A stretch of 57,707 nt of DNA from Saprospiraceae bacterium (GCA_019634275.1 JAHQVP010000002.1:1-57707), one strand, 5' to 3'; positions 26,890-37,538 are shown, counted from the stretch's first letter. The notes: generated by a model from the sequence alone, not told the origin. Translations and numbers: made by a program.

Positions 26890-28389
26890 ATGACACGCCG
26901 CTTTTCTTACTGCAGTTTCTTGCTCCTGATGTGCCTGGGGGTGCTTCTTTTTTGGGGCAATGCGTGCACAAAGATTGAGTTTACTGAGGATCAATCGGTC
27001 CGGCTTGAATTCTCGTTGGATACCTTGTCCTTTGATACCGTGTTTACCTCGGTCGGCAGTGCCACACGGAGCTTCCGGGTACGCAATACGGAGGAAAAGT
27101 TTGTGCGAATCTCCAATATCAAACTCGAGCAGTCTGAAACCTTCTTTAGAATGAATGTGGACGGCATACCCGGAAATGTCGCAACGGACATTGAAATTCC
27201 CCCTAATGATAGCATTTGGATATTTGTGGAGGTCACAGTCGATCCGGATCAGCCTACTTCGGTTAGTCCCTTCGTCATCAATCAACGGATTTCCTTTGAG
27301 ACCAATGGCAACAGACAAGAAGTGGTTCTTGAAGCCTGGGGCCAAAATGCCAACTATCTGCCCAACCGATTTGCTGCAGGAGAACAACGTCTTATCAGTT
27401 GTGATCTTAATACCTGGACATGGGACGATCCAAGACCCTACGTGATTTATGGGGTACTCGTCATTGACAGCTGTACCCTATCCCTGCCCCCGGGTACCCG
27501 GGTGCACATCCATGGGGGTTTTGGCCAGCTGCCAGATGGGAGTCGCTACAGCGACGGCATTTTGTTTTTTCTGAAGAATGCGAGGCTCGAGGCCCAGGGC
27601 ACAGTAGATAATCCGGTGATTTTTCAAGGAGATCGACTAGAAGATAGCTTTGATGACGTAGGTGGACAATGGGGTCGGATTCATTTTGATAATCTGAGCA
27701 GGGGCAATAAAATGAATCATGTCATCATCAAGAATAGCATTATCGGAGTCTATGTAGATTCATTGGCAGATTTGACGGTAACCAATTCTCAAATTTTCAA
27801 CACAAGCTCCAGTGCAATGGTCGGTTATAGAGCGAATGTAGTAGCAGAGAACACATTGCTTCACAGCAGTGGTGGTAATAATCTGACGGTGATACTTGGT
27901 GGGAGCTATAACTTCAATTACTGTACGTTGGACAATATTGGTACAAGTACGGAAGCACTCCGGGCCAGCAATTTTACATGCCTTGACGATCCTCAGGTTT
28001 GTGATCGACCGGTCGCTGCTCCGCTTGCCCTAAATTTTGTCAATTCCATCATAACCGGATCCAGCCGAGACGAGATATCTTTTGTCAACGGCGTCCCAGA
28101 CGAGCCCGAATTTTTTAGGTACAACTTTGACCACTGTATTGTGAAGGTAGATGAGTTGTTGGAGCCGGGAGCATATCCCGATTTCTTTGATCATTGTACC
28201 AATTGCATTTCAGATGAGAATAGGTCCATTCTTTTTGAGGATGAATCGAATGGAGATTATCATCTCGATTCGCTATCGATTGCCGAAGAGATGGCGACAC
28301 CACTGTTTAGTGTGAGTCGTGATCTGGAGGAAAATCTTCGTGATGCGCAGCAACCGGATATAGGATGCTATGAGTATGTATACGATTGA
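26890..28389 (+). CDS. Lipoprotein with parallel beta-helix-like repeats (possible glycan-active enzyme)
   Basis: ATG 26890 gives MTRRFSYCSFLLLMCLGVLLFWGNAC (lipobox). The middle region has PbH1-like repeats (NHVIIKNSIIGVYVDS..LTVTNSQIFNTSS..VVAENTLLHSSGGNNLTV). Transcribed divergently from the GT operon. Confidence 0.6.
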   Translation: MTRRFSYCSFLLLMCLGVLLFWGNACTKIEFTEDQSVRLEFSLDTLSFDTVFTSVGSATRSFRVRNTEEKFVRISNIKLEQSETFFRMNVDGIPGNVATDIEIPPNDSIWIFVEVTVDPDQPTSVSPFVINQRISFETNGNRQEVVLEAWGQNANYLPNRFAAGEQRLISCDLNTWTWDDPRPYVIYGVLVIDSCTLSLPPGTRVHIHGGFGQLPDGSRYSDGILFFLKNARLEAQGTVDNPVIFQGDRLEDSFDDVGGQWGRIHFDNLSRGNKMNHVIIKNSIIGVYVDSLADLTVTNSQIFNTSSSAMVGYRANVVAENTLLHSSGGNNLTVILGGSYNFNYCTLDNIGTSTEALRASNFTCLDDPQVCDRPVAAPLALNFVNSIITGSSRDEISFVNGVPDEPEFFRYNFDHCIVKVDELLEPGAYPDFFDHCTNCISDENRSILFEDESNGDYHLDSLSIAEEMATPLFSVSRDLEENLRDAQQPDIGCYEYVYD

Positions 28390-28407
28390 TTTGTATTGCT
28401 GACCCGC

Positions 28408-29724
28408 TTAGGGGTCGCTGGTGGTTAGTGCGGGAGGAGTGGTTCTGGATGAGATCTGTACACTCAGTAGAATCAACAACCCAATGATGAAGTAAATGGC
28501 GAGCACCAGCACGCTGTTACGCATGCCTCCACTGATCTGATCAATGAAGCCAAAACTGGCCGTTCCAAAGACGATTGCCAACTTTTCGAGCACTTCGTAA
28601 AAGCTGAAGTAGGAAGTAGCTTTTTCATTATTTCCTTCGATCAATTTGGAATAAGTAGACCGAGACAACGATTGGATGCCTCCCATGACGAGACCAACTA
28701 AGGCTGCCACGAGGTAGAACTGTAGCTTCTCCGTCACTCCATACGCCATAAAGCAAATCGATATCCAAATCAAGAGCATGCCAATAAGCGACAATTTATT
28801 CCCGCGCCATTTGGACAATGCTGCAAAAGCATAAGCACCGCCAATGGCCACCAGTTGTAGGATCAGCACAATGACGATCAGTTCGGTAGCATCGAACTGC
28901 AGTTCTTTCTCTGCAAAGGTGGCTGCCAGGAAGATCACGGTCTGCACCCCAGCGCTATAGCAGAAGAAGGATATGAGGAAGCGGCGAATATTTCGCTGTG
29001 GTTTTAGCTCCTTCCATACGCTCTTGATTTCTAGGAGCCCCCTACGAAAAAGGGCTCCTTGCAGCTTTTGTTTGATCTCCTGTGGCAGACGTTTGAAGGG
29101 AATTTGGGCGAACCCGATCCACCACAACCCGACCATGACAAAACACACTCGTGCTGCCAATCCCCCGTCACGGAGCCCAAACCATTCTGGATGGAGCAGC
29201 ATTGCCAAATTGATCATCAGTAAGATGACGCTGCCTATATACCCATAAGCAAATCCTTTGGCACTAATCCGATCATATTGATCTTCAGAACTGATAAGGG
29301 GGAGGTAGGAATTGTAAAAAACTTTGCCACCCTCAAATCCGATGGTCGCCAGCATGAAAAAGCCCAGACCAATCCCTACTTCTGTTGCACTGGTAAAAAA
29401 GAAGAGCATCAGGCAAGACAGCGATCCTATCCAGGTAAAGAGACGCATAAAGCTCATGCGTCGACCGCTATAATCTGCCATCCCTGATAAGAGTGGCAAC
29501 AGGAAACTTACGGTGAGATAGGATCCGGAAATGGCGAAAGCGTACAGCGAACTGTTGTTGATGTCAAAACCGAGCACTCGGATGGTTTCATTGGTCATTG
29601 ACATGTAATAGTTGGGGAAGATGGCAGTAGTGATTACAAGGGCATAGGCTGAGTTTGCCCAATCAAAAAAGGCCCATCCATTGACGGTTTTTTTGTTGTT
29701 AAGCTGGATTGTCGTGCTGCTCAT
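28408..29724 (-). CDS. MFS transporter, UMF1 (Atg22-like) family
   Basis: N-terminal WAFFDWANSAYALVITTAIFPNYY signature. About 12 TM helices. 438 aa. Confidence 0.85.
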   Translation of the reverse strand: MSSTTIQLNNKKTVNGWAFFDWANSAYALVITTAIFPNYYMSMTNETIRVLGFDINNSSLYAFAISGSYLTVSFLLPLLSGMADYSGRRMSFMRLFTWIGSLSCLMLFFFTSATEVGIGLGFFMLATIGFEGGKVFYNSYLPLISSEDQYDRISAKGFAYGYIGSVILLMINLAMLLHPEWFGLRDGGLAARVCFVMVGLWWIGFAQIPFKRLPQEIKQKLQGALFRRGLLEIKSVWKELKPQRNIRRFLISFFCYSAGVQTVIFLAATFAEKELQFDATELIVIVLILQLVAIGGAYAFAALSKWRGNKLSLIGMLLIWISICFMAYGVTEKLQFYLVAALVGLVMGGIQSLSRSTYSKLIEGNNEKATSYFSFYEVLEKLAIVFGTASFGFIDQISGGMRNSVLVLAIYFIIGLLILLSVQISSRTTPPALTTSDP

Positions 29725-29835
29725 CTAGGCAAGATACCGATTCTCGCACCGGGCTTGGATTCGTGCTCTTCTCCTTTTAAATTAATTTAGTGATCAGATG
29801 ACCTTGATGTGATTTGATTCGTCATAATACTGTAT

Positions 29836-30762
29836 ATGCGCATTCTCATACTTTCTCGTAATTCAGCTCTTTATTCCACTCGCAGCCTGCTTCGGGCCTG
29901 CTATCGCCGTGGACATCAGGCTAAGGTCATCGACCACTTGCTGTGTGATCTCATTATCGAACAGGGAAAACTCTCGGTATCCTATCAGGGAGAACTTTTA
30001 GAAGGATATGATGCGGTGATACCGAGGATAGGGAGCTCGGTCACCACCGCCGGTACCAATGTAGTTAGGCAGTTTGAAAAAATGGGCTTGTTCAGCACGA
30101 CCCGAGCTGATGCCATCTTGAGGGCGCGAAACAAACTTCGATGCTTCCAGATATTGGCTGCCGAGGGCATCGACGTTCCAAAGTCACTTTTCCCCAATTT
30201 CGTACAGATCGATGAGCAATTGATCGACGATATGCCTGGAGAACAATCCATTGTGAAATTGTTGGAGAGTACGCATGGATTAGGCGTGATCTTAAGCGAA
30301 AGCCTCAGCAATGCCGTCTCCACCATTGAGGCTTTTCAACGGATGAAACACAAGGTCCTGGTTCAGGAATTTATTGCGGAGTCCAGCGGAACGGATATAC
30401 GAGCGCTGGTAGTAGACGGTCATGTCGTTGCCTCGATGAAGCGGACGGCCGCGGCAGGCGAGTTTAGATCAAACTTGCACCGGGGTGGATCGGCACGGAT
30501 CGAAAAACTGACGGAGCAAGAGCGATTTCTGGCCAGAAAGGTGTGTAGAATTCTCGGACTGGATGTAGCCGGGGTAGATATTCTGCGCTCCAATCGAGGA
30601 CCACTCGTTTTAGAAGTCAATTCTTCCCCCGGACTGGAGGGCATAGAAACATATACACGTATAGATGTAGCCGGTGAGATCGTTCACTACTTAGAAAAGC
30701 GCATACGCAAACACAAAGCAGCTCAACAAAAGAAGAGAGGGACATGGAAGCTGAAGGGATAA
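29836..30762 (+). CDS. rimK: RimK-family ATP-grasp alpha-L-glutamate ligase
   Basis: MRILILSRN start, VVKLLESTHGLGV, DIRALVV, EFRSNLHRGG, AGVDIL...GPLVLEVNSSPGLEGIE. Basic C-terminal tail. Confidence 0.9.
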   Translation: MRILILSRNSALYSTRSLLRACYRRGHQAKVIDHLLCDLIIEQGKLSVSYQGELLEGYDAVIPRIGSSVTTAGTNVVRQFEKMGLFSTTRADAILRARNKLRCFQILAAEGIDVPKSLFPNFVQIDEQLIDDMPGEQSIVKLLESTHGLGVILSESLSNAVSTIEAFQRMKHKVLVQEFIAESSGTDIRALVVDGHVVASMKRTAAAGEFRSNLHRGGSARIEKLTEQERFLARKVCRILGLDVAGVDILRSNRGPLVLEVNSSPGLEGIETYTRIDVAGEIVHYLEKRIRKHKAAQQKKRGTWKLKG

Positions 30763-31700
30763 CGATGCTGGGCAAGCACATTGCCCAGGGGTCATATGAG
30801 GTGATGAACTTGCACGTAGGACAGCTGCCGTCTGCGACTAAGCTATACTTGAAAACGCACATCTTCTGTGGGACAAAGCCCGGCCCGACTATGTTACTGC
30901 TTGCGGGCATGCATGGTGATGAAATTAACGGTATCGAAATTGTTCGTAGGGCACTGGATCAGAAAATCTTTGATCACGTTGTTGCAGGAAATGTCATCGT
31001 GATCCCCATCTTGAACATCTATGGATTTATCAATTTTTCCCGGCACGTACCAGATGGCAAAGATGTTAATCGCAGTTTTCCGGGGACCTCGCGTGGCTCC
31101 CTGGCATCGCGAGTGGCCCACTTGCTGACCAAGAACGTGCTGCCCATCATTGATTTTGGCATCGACCTGCATACGGGTGGGGATAACCGCTTTAATTTCC
31201 CTCAAGTAAGATTTAACCGGAGGGATGATCAGGCCCGCCAGCTGGCTGAGCAATTCAACGCTCCAATTATGATTGAAAAAGGCTTGATTCCGAAATCATT
31301 GCGCAAAGTGGCTCGGGATATGAAAGTGCCCATTATCGTCTATGAGGGCGGAGAGTCCTTGCGTTTGGATGGCTATGTTATTGATGAGGCTTTGCGAGGA
31401 ATCAAGCGGGTCATGCTGATGAACGGCATGACGACCGAAGAAGTACATGAGAAGAAGAGTTCGCTTTATGCCAAGACTTCGTGGATACGAGCCAGTACTT
31501 CAGGATTGTTTATCTGGAGCCAAAAGTCTGGAACCCAGGTTAGGAAGGGAGAACCGTTAGGCAGCATATTCGATCCACAGGGCAGGTCTCGATCGGCAGT
31601 ACTTGCCACACGCGATAGTTTTATCATTGGCCACAACAATACTCCTGTGGTCCATAAGGGAGATGCTTTGTTCCACTTGGCCTACAACTCCAGCAAATGA
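30744..31700 (+). CDS. Succinylglutamate desuccinylase/aspartoacylase (AstE/AspA) family, M14-like zinc hydrolase
   Basis: Zinc motif LLAGMHGDEINGIE (HxxE), second ligand region GIDLHTGG, and YEGGE. An alternative in-frame ATG at 30765 lies 3 nt after the rimK stop. The stop overlaps the next start in ATGA. Confidence 0.85.
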   Translation: MEAEGITMLGKHIAQGSYEVMNLHVGQLPSATKLYLKTHIFCGTKPGPTMLLLAGMHGDEINGIEIVRRALDQKIFDHVVAGNVIVIPILNIYGFINFSRHVPDGKDVNRSFPGTSRGSLASRVAHLLTKNVLPIIDFGIDLHTGGDNRFNFPQVRFNRRDDQARQLAEQFNAPIMIEKGLIPKSLRKVARDMKVPIIVYEGGESLRLDGYVIDEALRGIKRVMLMNGMTTEEVHEKKSSLYAKTSWIRASTSGLFIWSQKSGTQVRKGEPLGSIFDPQGRSRSAVLATRDSFIIGHNNTPVVHKGDALFHLAYNSSK

Positions 31701-33121
31701 AATGGGTAGGTCTTATTGTGGGAGTGTGCTTCTTTCTCGCGGACATCGCTGCACAACACGAAAAGGTTGAGAATGCACTTCGCGTCCTGCTCTCAGCTCC
31801 AGAAGTAGAGCATGCTACACTTGGGATAGGCGTCTATAACCTTACCAAGAATAGCCCTGTCGCCTCCTATCAACTGGAGAGGTCTGTCGCTCCAGCCAGC
31901 ACGATGAAGCTTCCGCTCACGGCAGCAGCTCTTGCTATCCTGGGGCCCGATTTTAGATTTCAAACAACCCTTGCTTATCGGGGCGAGATCAAAGAAGGCA
32001 TTTTGGAGGGGGATTTAGTTCTTGTAGGTGGAGGAGATCCAACATTGGCAAGTCGTCACTTCAATGACTCCAATCTGACTGCGTTGTTGGCCCAGTGGAC
32101 GTCTAAAGTAAAGGAAGCGGGCATCAGGGAAATCACGGGAGATGTCATTGTGGATGACGGATCGGATGCCGTGGGCGGAGCCAGAGGTTCCTGGCAATAT
32201 CAGGATTTGGGCAATTACTACGGAGCGGGAGCTTTTGGGTTTAATATTGCCGACAATCTCTATACGGTACATTTTCAACAGAACCCTCTGGTCGGTGGTG
32301 CTACCACCATATCATCGGTCGATCCTGACATTTCCGGACTCATCATTCGAAACGAAGTGAGGTCTGGACCTAAGGGTTCTGGAGATCAAGCATACATCTA
32401 CGGGGCGCCTTACCAATGGAATGTATGCATACGGGGTACCATTCCTCCCGGAAACGGAATATTTTCTATCAAGGGATCAATGCCCGATCCGCGCGAATTT
32501 GCATCAGAAGCGCTTTTTGAAGCCCTCCAGGAAGCTGGTTTGACGGTGCGGGGTAGGGCTAAAATTAGTGACTACCAGATTGAAAATCCAACAATCATCT
32601 TTCGGCATCCTTCTCCGCCACTTCAAGAATTATCCACCCTATCTAATCGCCTTAGCGTTAACCTTTTTACCGAGGGGATCGGATTGGAATTGGCCAAGCA
32701 AGATCCTGAATTCGATTTGACAACGTTTTGGAATCAACGTGGTGTTTCTACCGGGGGCGTTTACTTTGATGACTTCTCTGGATTGTCCAAGAACAACACG
32801 GTTACAGCGGCATTTATGCAAGAGGTGTTAAAAGTAGTCTATCAAGACCCAGCGTTATATAAGCTTATTAAGCCAGGGCTTTCGATTGCTGGAAAGTCGG
32901 GTACGATGAGGAACATGCTGCGGACATCGGACGCCAGAGGGAAAGTTTTTGGTAAAAGTGGCTCCATCTCAGGTGTCCGAGGTTATATAGGATACATGGA
33001 GACTCCTGAAGGAGAAACGTGGGCTTTTACCCTCTTGAGTCAGAATTTCACGGGCTCTTCAAGAAAGATGAGCAAACTATTTGAGCAATTTCTCAATGCG
33101 CTCTATCATGCGGCTCAGTAA
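31697..33121 (+). CDS. dacB: D-alanyl-D-alanine carboxypeptidase/endopeptidase, PBP4 (peptidase S13)
   Basis: Signal peptide. SxxK motif PASTMKL, an SxN-like SVNLFTE, and KSG in GKSGSISGV. 474 aa. Confidence 0.88.
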   Translation: MKWVGLIVGVCFFLADIAAQHEKVENALRVLLSAPEVEHATLGIGVYNLTKNSPVASYQLERSVAPASTMKLPLTAAALAILGPDFRFQTTLAYRGEIKEGILEGDLVLVGGGDPTLASRHFNDSNLTALLAQWTSKVKEAGIREITGDVIVDDGSDAVGGARGSWQYQDLGNYYGAGAFGFNIADNLYTVHFQQNPLVGGATTISSVDPDISGLIIRNEVRSGPKGSGDQAYIYGAPYQWNVCIRGTIPPGNGIFSIKGSMPDPREFASEALFEALQEAGLTVRGRAKISDYQIENPTIIFRHPSPPLQELSTLSNRLSVNLFTEGIGLELAKQDPEFDLTTFWNQRGVSTGGVYFDDFSGLSKNNTVTAAFMQEVLKVVYQDPALYKLIKPGLSIAGKSGTMRNMLRTSDARGKVFGKSGSISGVRGYIGYMETPEGETWAFTLLSQNFTGSSRKMSKLFEQFLNALYHAAQ

Positions 33122-33131
33122 CCCGTACTCT

Positions 33132-34403
33132 TTATGGGCGTAGGATCAATTTATCGCGTTCAGGTCCCGTTGAAATCATGCTGATTTTCGTCTCCAGGCT
33201 TCGTTCCAGACTGTCAATATAAGACCGAGTGGCACTCGGAAGACCTTCATAGGTGGTTACATCAGATAAGGCGGTGTGCCAGCCCGTATGCGTCTCCATA
33301 AGAGTGGTCAATTCTTCGCCGGTGTAGTCGAAGGGTACCTGATCGGTCGGTCCATTTCCAAAATCATAGTTGGATACCACCTTGATTTCTTCAAAGTGAT
33401 CCAGAACGTCCACTTTTGTCAATGCCAACTGCGTGACGCCGTTAAGCATGATGGTATAGCGGAGCTGTGGAACATCCAACCATCCACATCGTCTTGGTCT
33501 TCCCGTCGTTGCTCCAAACTCGCTGCCAAATTTGCGCAATCGTTCTCCGTCCGCATCATTAAGCTCAGATGGGAATGGTCCACTTCCGACACGTGTGCAG
33601 TAGGCCTTGGTGATGCCGATCACTTCGCCAATCACTGAAGGCGGAATGCCCAAACCGATGCACACTCCCGCCGTCAGGGTAGTGGAGGAGGTTACAAAAG
33701 GGTACGTGCCGAAATTTATGTCCAACATGCTGCCCTGTGCACCCTCGGCCAATACACGTTTGCCTGATTTAAGAGCTCCTCGTAGATGGTAAGCGCAATC
33801 GATTACTCTAAGGTCCCGCAGCTTCTCCATGCTTTCCATCCAAGCTTCTTCGCTCTTCTCTAGGTCATAGGAGAAGGCGGGATATATTTTGAGTAGTCCA
33901 AGATGTTTCTTCTTGAGCTCTTGATACTTTTCTTGAAAATTGGGCCGAAAGTAGTCGCCTACCCGCAAGCCATTGCGACCCGTTTTATCCATGTAGGTCG
34001 GTCCTATGCCTCTCAGGGTAGATCCGATCTTGTCTGCTCCCTTAGAAAGTTCGGATGCTTTGTCCAATAGGCGGTGAGTAGGAAGGATAAGGTGCGCCTG
34101 ACGAGCCAATAAAAGGCGATCAGCATAGTCAACATTTGCCCCTTCCAGAAGTGCCAGTTCTTCGCACAGCGTGATGGGGTCGACGACGACACCACTGCCA
34201 ATAATGTTTTCAATACCCGGCCTAAATATGCCGGAGGGTACGGTGTGCAATACAAATTTTTGCCCGCCAAATTTTAGGGTGTGACCGGCGTTTGGGCCTC
34301 CTTGAAAGCGTCCTATGATGTCATAGTTGGGAGCTAGATAATCGACGATCTTCCCTTTCCCTTCGTCTCCCCATTGGAGGCCAAGTAATACGTCTACTGT
34401 CAT
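33132..34403 (-). CDS. purA: Adenylosuccinate synthase
   Basis: GLQWGDEGKGKIVD P-loop, GPNAGHT, GTTGRPRRCGW. 423 aa. Confidence 0.96.
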   Translation of the reverse strand: MTVDVLLGLQWGDEGKGKIVDYLAPNYDIIGRFQGGPNAGHTLKFGGQKFVLHTVPSGIFRPGIENIIGSGVVVDPITLCEELALLEGANVDYADRLLLARQAHLILPTHRLLDKASELSKGADKIGSTLRGIGPTYMDKTGRNGLRVGDYFRPNFQEKYQELKKKHLGLLKIYPAFSYDLEKSEEAWMESMEKLRDLRVIDCAYHLRGALKSGKRVLAEGAQGSMLDINFGTYPFVTSSTTLTAGVCIGLGIPPSVIGEVIGITKAYCTRVGSGPFPSELNDADGERLRKFGSEFGATTGRPRRCGWLDVPQLRYTIMLNGVTQLALTKVDVLDHFEEIKVVSNYDFGNGPTDQVPFDYTGEELTTLMETHTGWHTALSDVTTYEGLPSATRSYIDSLERSLETKISMISTGPERDKLILRP

Positions 34404-34454
34404 GAATATAAATGCACGAAATAACGAAAAGGACGAAGATACAGTAAATAGAAA

Positions 34455-34904
34455 TCACTTCTTGCACCCACCCTTGCAGCGTCCAAAAAGATTTAGGGAA
34501 TGCTTGGTGACTTCAAAGTCAAGCACCTCTCCGATGGTGTCCTTGATCTGTTGGATACGAGGGTCACAAAACTCAAACACCTGCCCACATTCCTCACAAA
34601 TTAAATGGTCATGTTGACGATAGCCATATGATTTTTCATACTGAGTGAGGTTTTTGCCAAACTGGTGCTTTGTGATTAGTTCACATTGTACCAGTAGTTC
34701 TAACGTATTGTAAACGGTAGCACGGCTCACACGGTAGTTTTTCGACTTCATGTGTATGTAAAGGGCCTCGGCATCAAAGTGATCCTGCCGCTGATAGATT
34801 TCTTCCAAAATGGTGTAGCGTTCCGGAGTTTTGCGCAGACCCTCTGATTCGAGATACGTTGAAAATAGGTTCTTAACCTCTTCTATGACGTCAATATTGA
34901 CCAT
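34455..34904 (-). CDS. fur: Fur-family metalloregulator
   Basis: wHTH region [14 protein letters not shown]...[20 protein letters not shown] and C-terminal CKGGC cysteine pairs. 149 aa. Confidence 0.88.
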   Translation of the reverse strand: MVNIDVIEEVKNLFSTYLESEGLRKTPERYTILEEIYQRQDHFDAEALYIHMKSKNYRVSRATVYNTLELLVQCELITKHQFGKNLTQYEKSYGYRQHDHLICEECGQVFEFCDPRIQQIKDTIGEVLDFEVTKHSLNLFGRCKGGCKK

Positions 34905-34914
34905 GTCCCGGCGT

Positions 34915-37101
34915 TTACTCTGTTCTGGTGACGTTGGAGATGCCGTCCAGGTTCTTTAGCGCAAGTATGGCCTGATTCATCTGATTGGTATTAGAGACAA
35001 TCAGACTTATCTTTCCCTCAAAATATCCTTCATCTCCCTTGATCGAAAATGATCTTATGTTCAGTCCGAGTTTCGTGGAAATTTCCGAAGTCACTCTTTC
35101 GATCACACCAGGTCCATCGTCTACCCCATTGATGTTCAACTCAACCACAAAATGAGAGGCATTTTCGCTGATCCAATCTGCCTCTAGGGTTCGATAGCCA
35201 TAACTGGACATAAGATGTTGGGCATTGGGACATGCCGTACGATGGATCTTTACACCATTTGCTCCCACAAAGGCAAAGATCTCATCGCCAAGTACGGGCT
35301 TGCAGCAATTGGCAAAGAGGTATTTAAACTGGTCGCCGGGCTCACCATTGATCGAAATAGGAGCCTTTGGAGATTTGCCTTTTTTGGTGCTGCGAGGAGC
35401 TTGCTGGATTGGCTTGGCAGACTCAAATACCAAGTGCCCATTGCTTACTTCCAATTGCTTTAGATCCAGCAGCGATACCCGAGACTGATAGATCGCATAG
35501 TATAGGTCTATTCGATTTTTAAACCCATAGTGCTTAACAATGGCATCAACATTGGACTCGAAATCCAGCTTGAGCTGCCGTAGTTTTCGTTCCAAAGCCT
35601 CCTTGCCAAGCTGCCCCGATTTTCTCTTTTCTTCATTGATGGAGGCCTTGATTTTGGTTTTAGCTCGACTGGTCACTACCATTTTAAGCCAGTTTTCGTT
35701 TGGCTTTTGGTTGCGACTGGTGGTGACCGAAACCTGGTCGCCATTTTCGAGCTTGTAGCCCATCGGTACAAGCTTATTGTTGACCTTGACGGCAGTGCAA
35801 CGCTGTCCAATGTCGGTGTGGATGCTGAAGGCGAAGTCAAGGGCAGTGGCGCCTTTGGGCAGGATCTTCATGTCCCCTTTGGGGGTGTATACAAAAACCT
35901 CCTCACTGAAGAGATTGGTCTTAAAGTCATTGATAAACTCCTTGGGATTCTTATCGCCCTCTGATAGCAACTCACGAATGCCATCCAACCAACTGTCATA
36001 CAGATCTTGCTGGTTAGTCAATCCCTTGTATTTCCAATGGGCGGCAAAACCACGCTCGGCAATTTCGTCCATGCGCTCGCTGCGAATTTGCACTTCTACA
36101 TACTGGCCTCCCGGTCCGATTACCGTCGTATGAAGGGACTCATACCCATTGGACTTAGGTGTGGTGATCCAATCTTTGAGTCGCTCTGGAATCGGAGTAT
36201 GCACATCGGTCACGATAGAATACACCTGCCAGCAGAGCGGTTTTTCTTGCTCGGGCGCGACGTCTACGATGATGCGAACGGCAAAAAGGTCATAAATCTC
36301 CTCAAAGGGTACCTTCTTCTTACGAATCTTATTGGCGATAGATGATATGGATTTAGGCCTGCCATGAATGCGATAGGGTGCGTGGAGTTGATCCAATTTA
36401 GTTCGCAAAGGGGCGATAAAGGCGTCGATGTACTGATTTCTGGACTCCTTAGTCTCTTGCAATTTGTCTGCGATTGCCCGATACTCTTCTCGATCCGTGA
36501 CCTTCATACAGAGGTCTTGAAATTCGGTTTTGAGATTGTAGAGGCCCAAACGATGCGCCAGTGGGGCATAGATATAGCTGGTCTCCGCCGCTATGCGTAA
36601 TTGCTTATGCTTGGGCATGGAGCCGAGCGTGCGCATATTGTGCAGGCGATCCGCCATCTTGATCAAGACCACACGGACATCAGAAACCAAGGTGCTCAGT
36701 ACTTTCTTAAAGTTTTCAGCCTGGGCCGTATCCGGGTTGTAGTCTGATTTTAATTTGGTCAACCCATCGACAAGGTGAGTAATCTTATCACCAAATTGCT
36801 CTTGGATGTCCTCAAGTGTTACGTCCGTATCTTCTACTGTATCATGGAGCAGGGCCGCAACGATGGCAGTAGGACCCAGGCCAATTTCCTCCGCACAGAT
36901 GCGTGCTACTTCGATCGGGTGAAGAATGTATGGTTCACCTGACTTCCGACGCTGTTTACTGTGGGCTTCAACAGCAATTTCATACGATCTTCGTATGTTT
37001 TTCTGATCAGTGGCATCCAGAGGGGACTTTATCGACCTCAAAAGCTGCCGATAAGCCTGTTGGATCAGTTTGCGATCTTCTATCTGGGCTGTTGCTTCCA
37101 T
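34915..37101 (-). CDS. relA: Bifunctional (p)ppGpp synthetase/hydrolase, RelA/SpoT homolog
   Basis: HD hydrolase domain (HPIEVA...LLHDTVEDT), synthetase domain ([15 protein letters not shown]...[15 protein letters not shown]), and TGS and ACT-like C-terminal domains. 728 aa. Confidence 0.95.
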   Translation of the reverse strand: MEATAQIEDRKLIQQAYRQLLRSIKSPLDATDQKNIRRSYEIAVEAHSKQRRKSGEPYILHPIEVARICAEEIGLGPTAIVAALLHDTVEDTDVTLEDIQEQFGDKITHLVDGLTKLKSDYNPDTAQAENFKKVLSTLVSDVRVVLIKMADRLHNMRTLGSMPKHKQLRIAAETSYIYAPLAHRLGLYNLKTEFQDLCMKVTDREEYRAIADKLQETKESRNQYIDAFIAPLRTKLDQLHAPYRIHGRPKSISSIANKIRKKKVPFEEIYDLFAVRIIVDVAPEQEKPLCWQVYSIVTDVHTPIPERLKDWITTPKSNGYESLHTTVIGPGGQYVEVQIRSERMDEIAERGFAAHWKYKGLTNQQDLYDSWLDGIRELLSEGDKNPKEFINDFKTNLFSEEVFVYTPKGDMKILPKGATALDFAFSIHTDIGQRCTAVKVNNKLVPMGYKLENGDQVSVTTSRNQKPNENWLKMVVTSRAKTKIKASINEEKRKSGQLGKEALERKLRQLKLDFESNVDAIVKHYGFKNRIDLYYAIYQSRVSLLDLKQLEVSNGHLVFESAKPIQQAPRSTKKGKSPKAPISINGEPGDQFKYLFANCCKPVLGDEIFAFVGANGVKIHRTACPNAQHLMSSYGYRTLEADWISENASHFVVELNINGVDDGPGVIERVTSEISTKLGLNIRSFSIKGDEGYFEGKISLIVSNTNQMNQAILALKNLDGISNVTRTE

Positions 37102-37341
37102 TCTCCTATTCCAAACGCCTTGCCATTTCTATAAACACCGTAAGGCATTGCATAGTTTCTTGAACCTTTACTAAGGTACTAAACCCCTGACCAGTTTTAG
37201 ATTGGGAGGACTTCATAACGATGTTCATCGTAGTTTGTCCAGGACAGAAGTATGGAGATCGCTATTCATCTGGACGAGATGACTTTCGTGATGCCATTTT
37301 TATCCTGCGATGATCTGTTCCCTTTTCTCAAAATCATGTGA

Positions 37342-37349
37342 TATATTTG
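37342..37349 (+). promoter_or_regulatory. Candidate -7 promoter element (TAnnTTTG) for tRNA-Leu
   Basis: TATATTTG, 37 nt upstream of the mature tRNA 5' end. Confidence 0.3.
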
Positions 37350-37385
37350 CGGCCCGTTTGGACGTAGGAGTTCAAATGCATTCTT

Positions 37386-37468
37386 GCGGGTGTGGTGAAA
37401 TTGGTAGACACGCTAGACTTAGGATCTAGTGCCGCTGAGGCGTGGGGGTTCGAGTCCCTCCACCCGCA
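37386..37468 (+). tRNA. tRNA-Leu (anticodon TAG), type II with a long variable arm
   Basis: Folded by eye: acceptor GCGGGTG/CACCCGC, D arm GTG-AAATTGGTAGA-CAC, anticodon stem CTAGA/TCTAG with loop CTTAGGA, variable arm GCCGCTGAGGCG, T arm GGGGG-TTCGAGT-CCCTC, discriminator A. CCA is not encoded. Confidence 0.93.
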
Positions 37469-37538
37469 CATAGTTTAGCACGGCTTTGGCAGTGCCTTCG
37501 CAACATATTAGCACAAACGTTTCCATCCAAGCAAAGCA

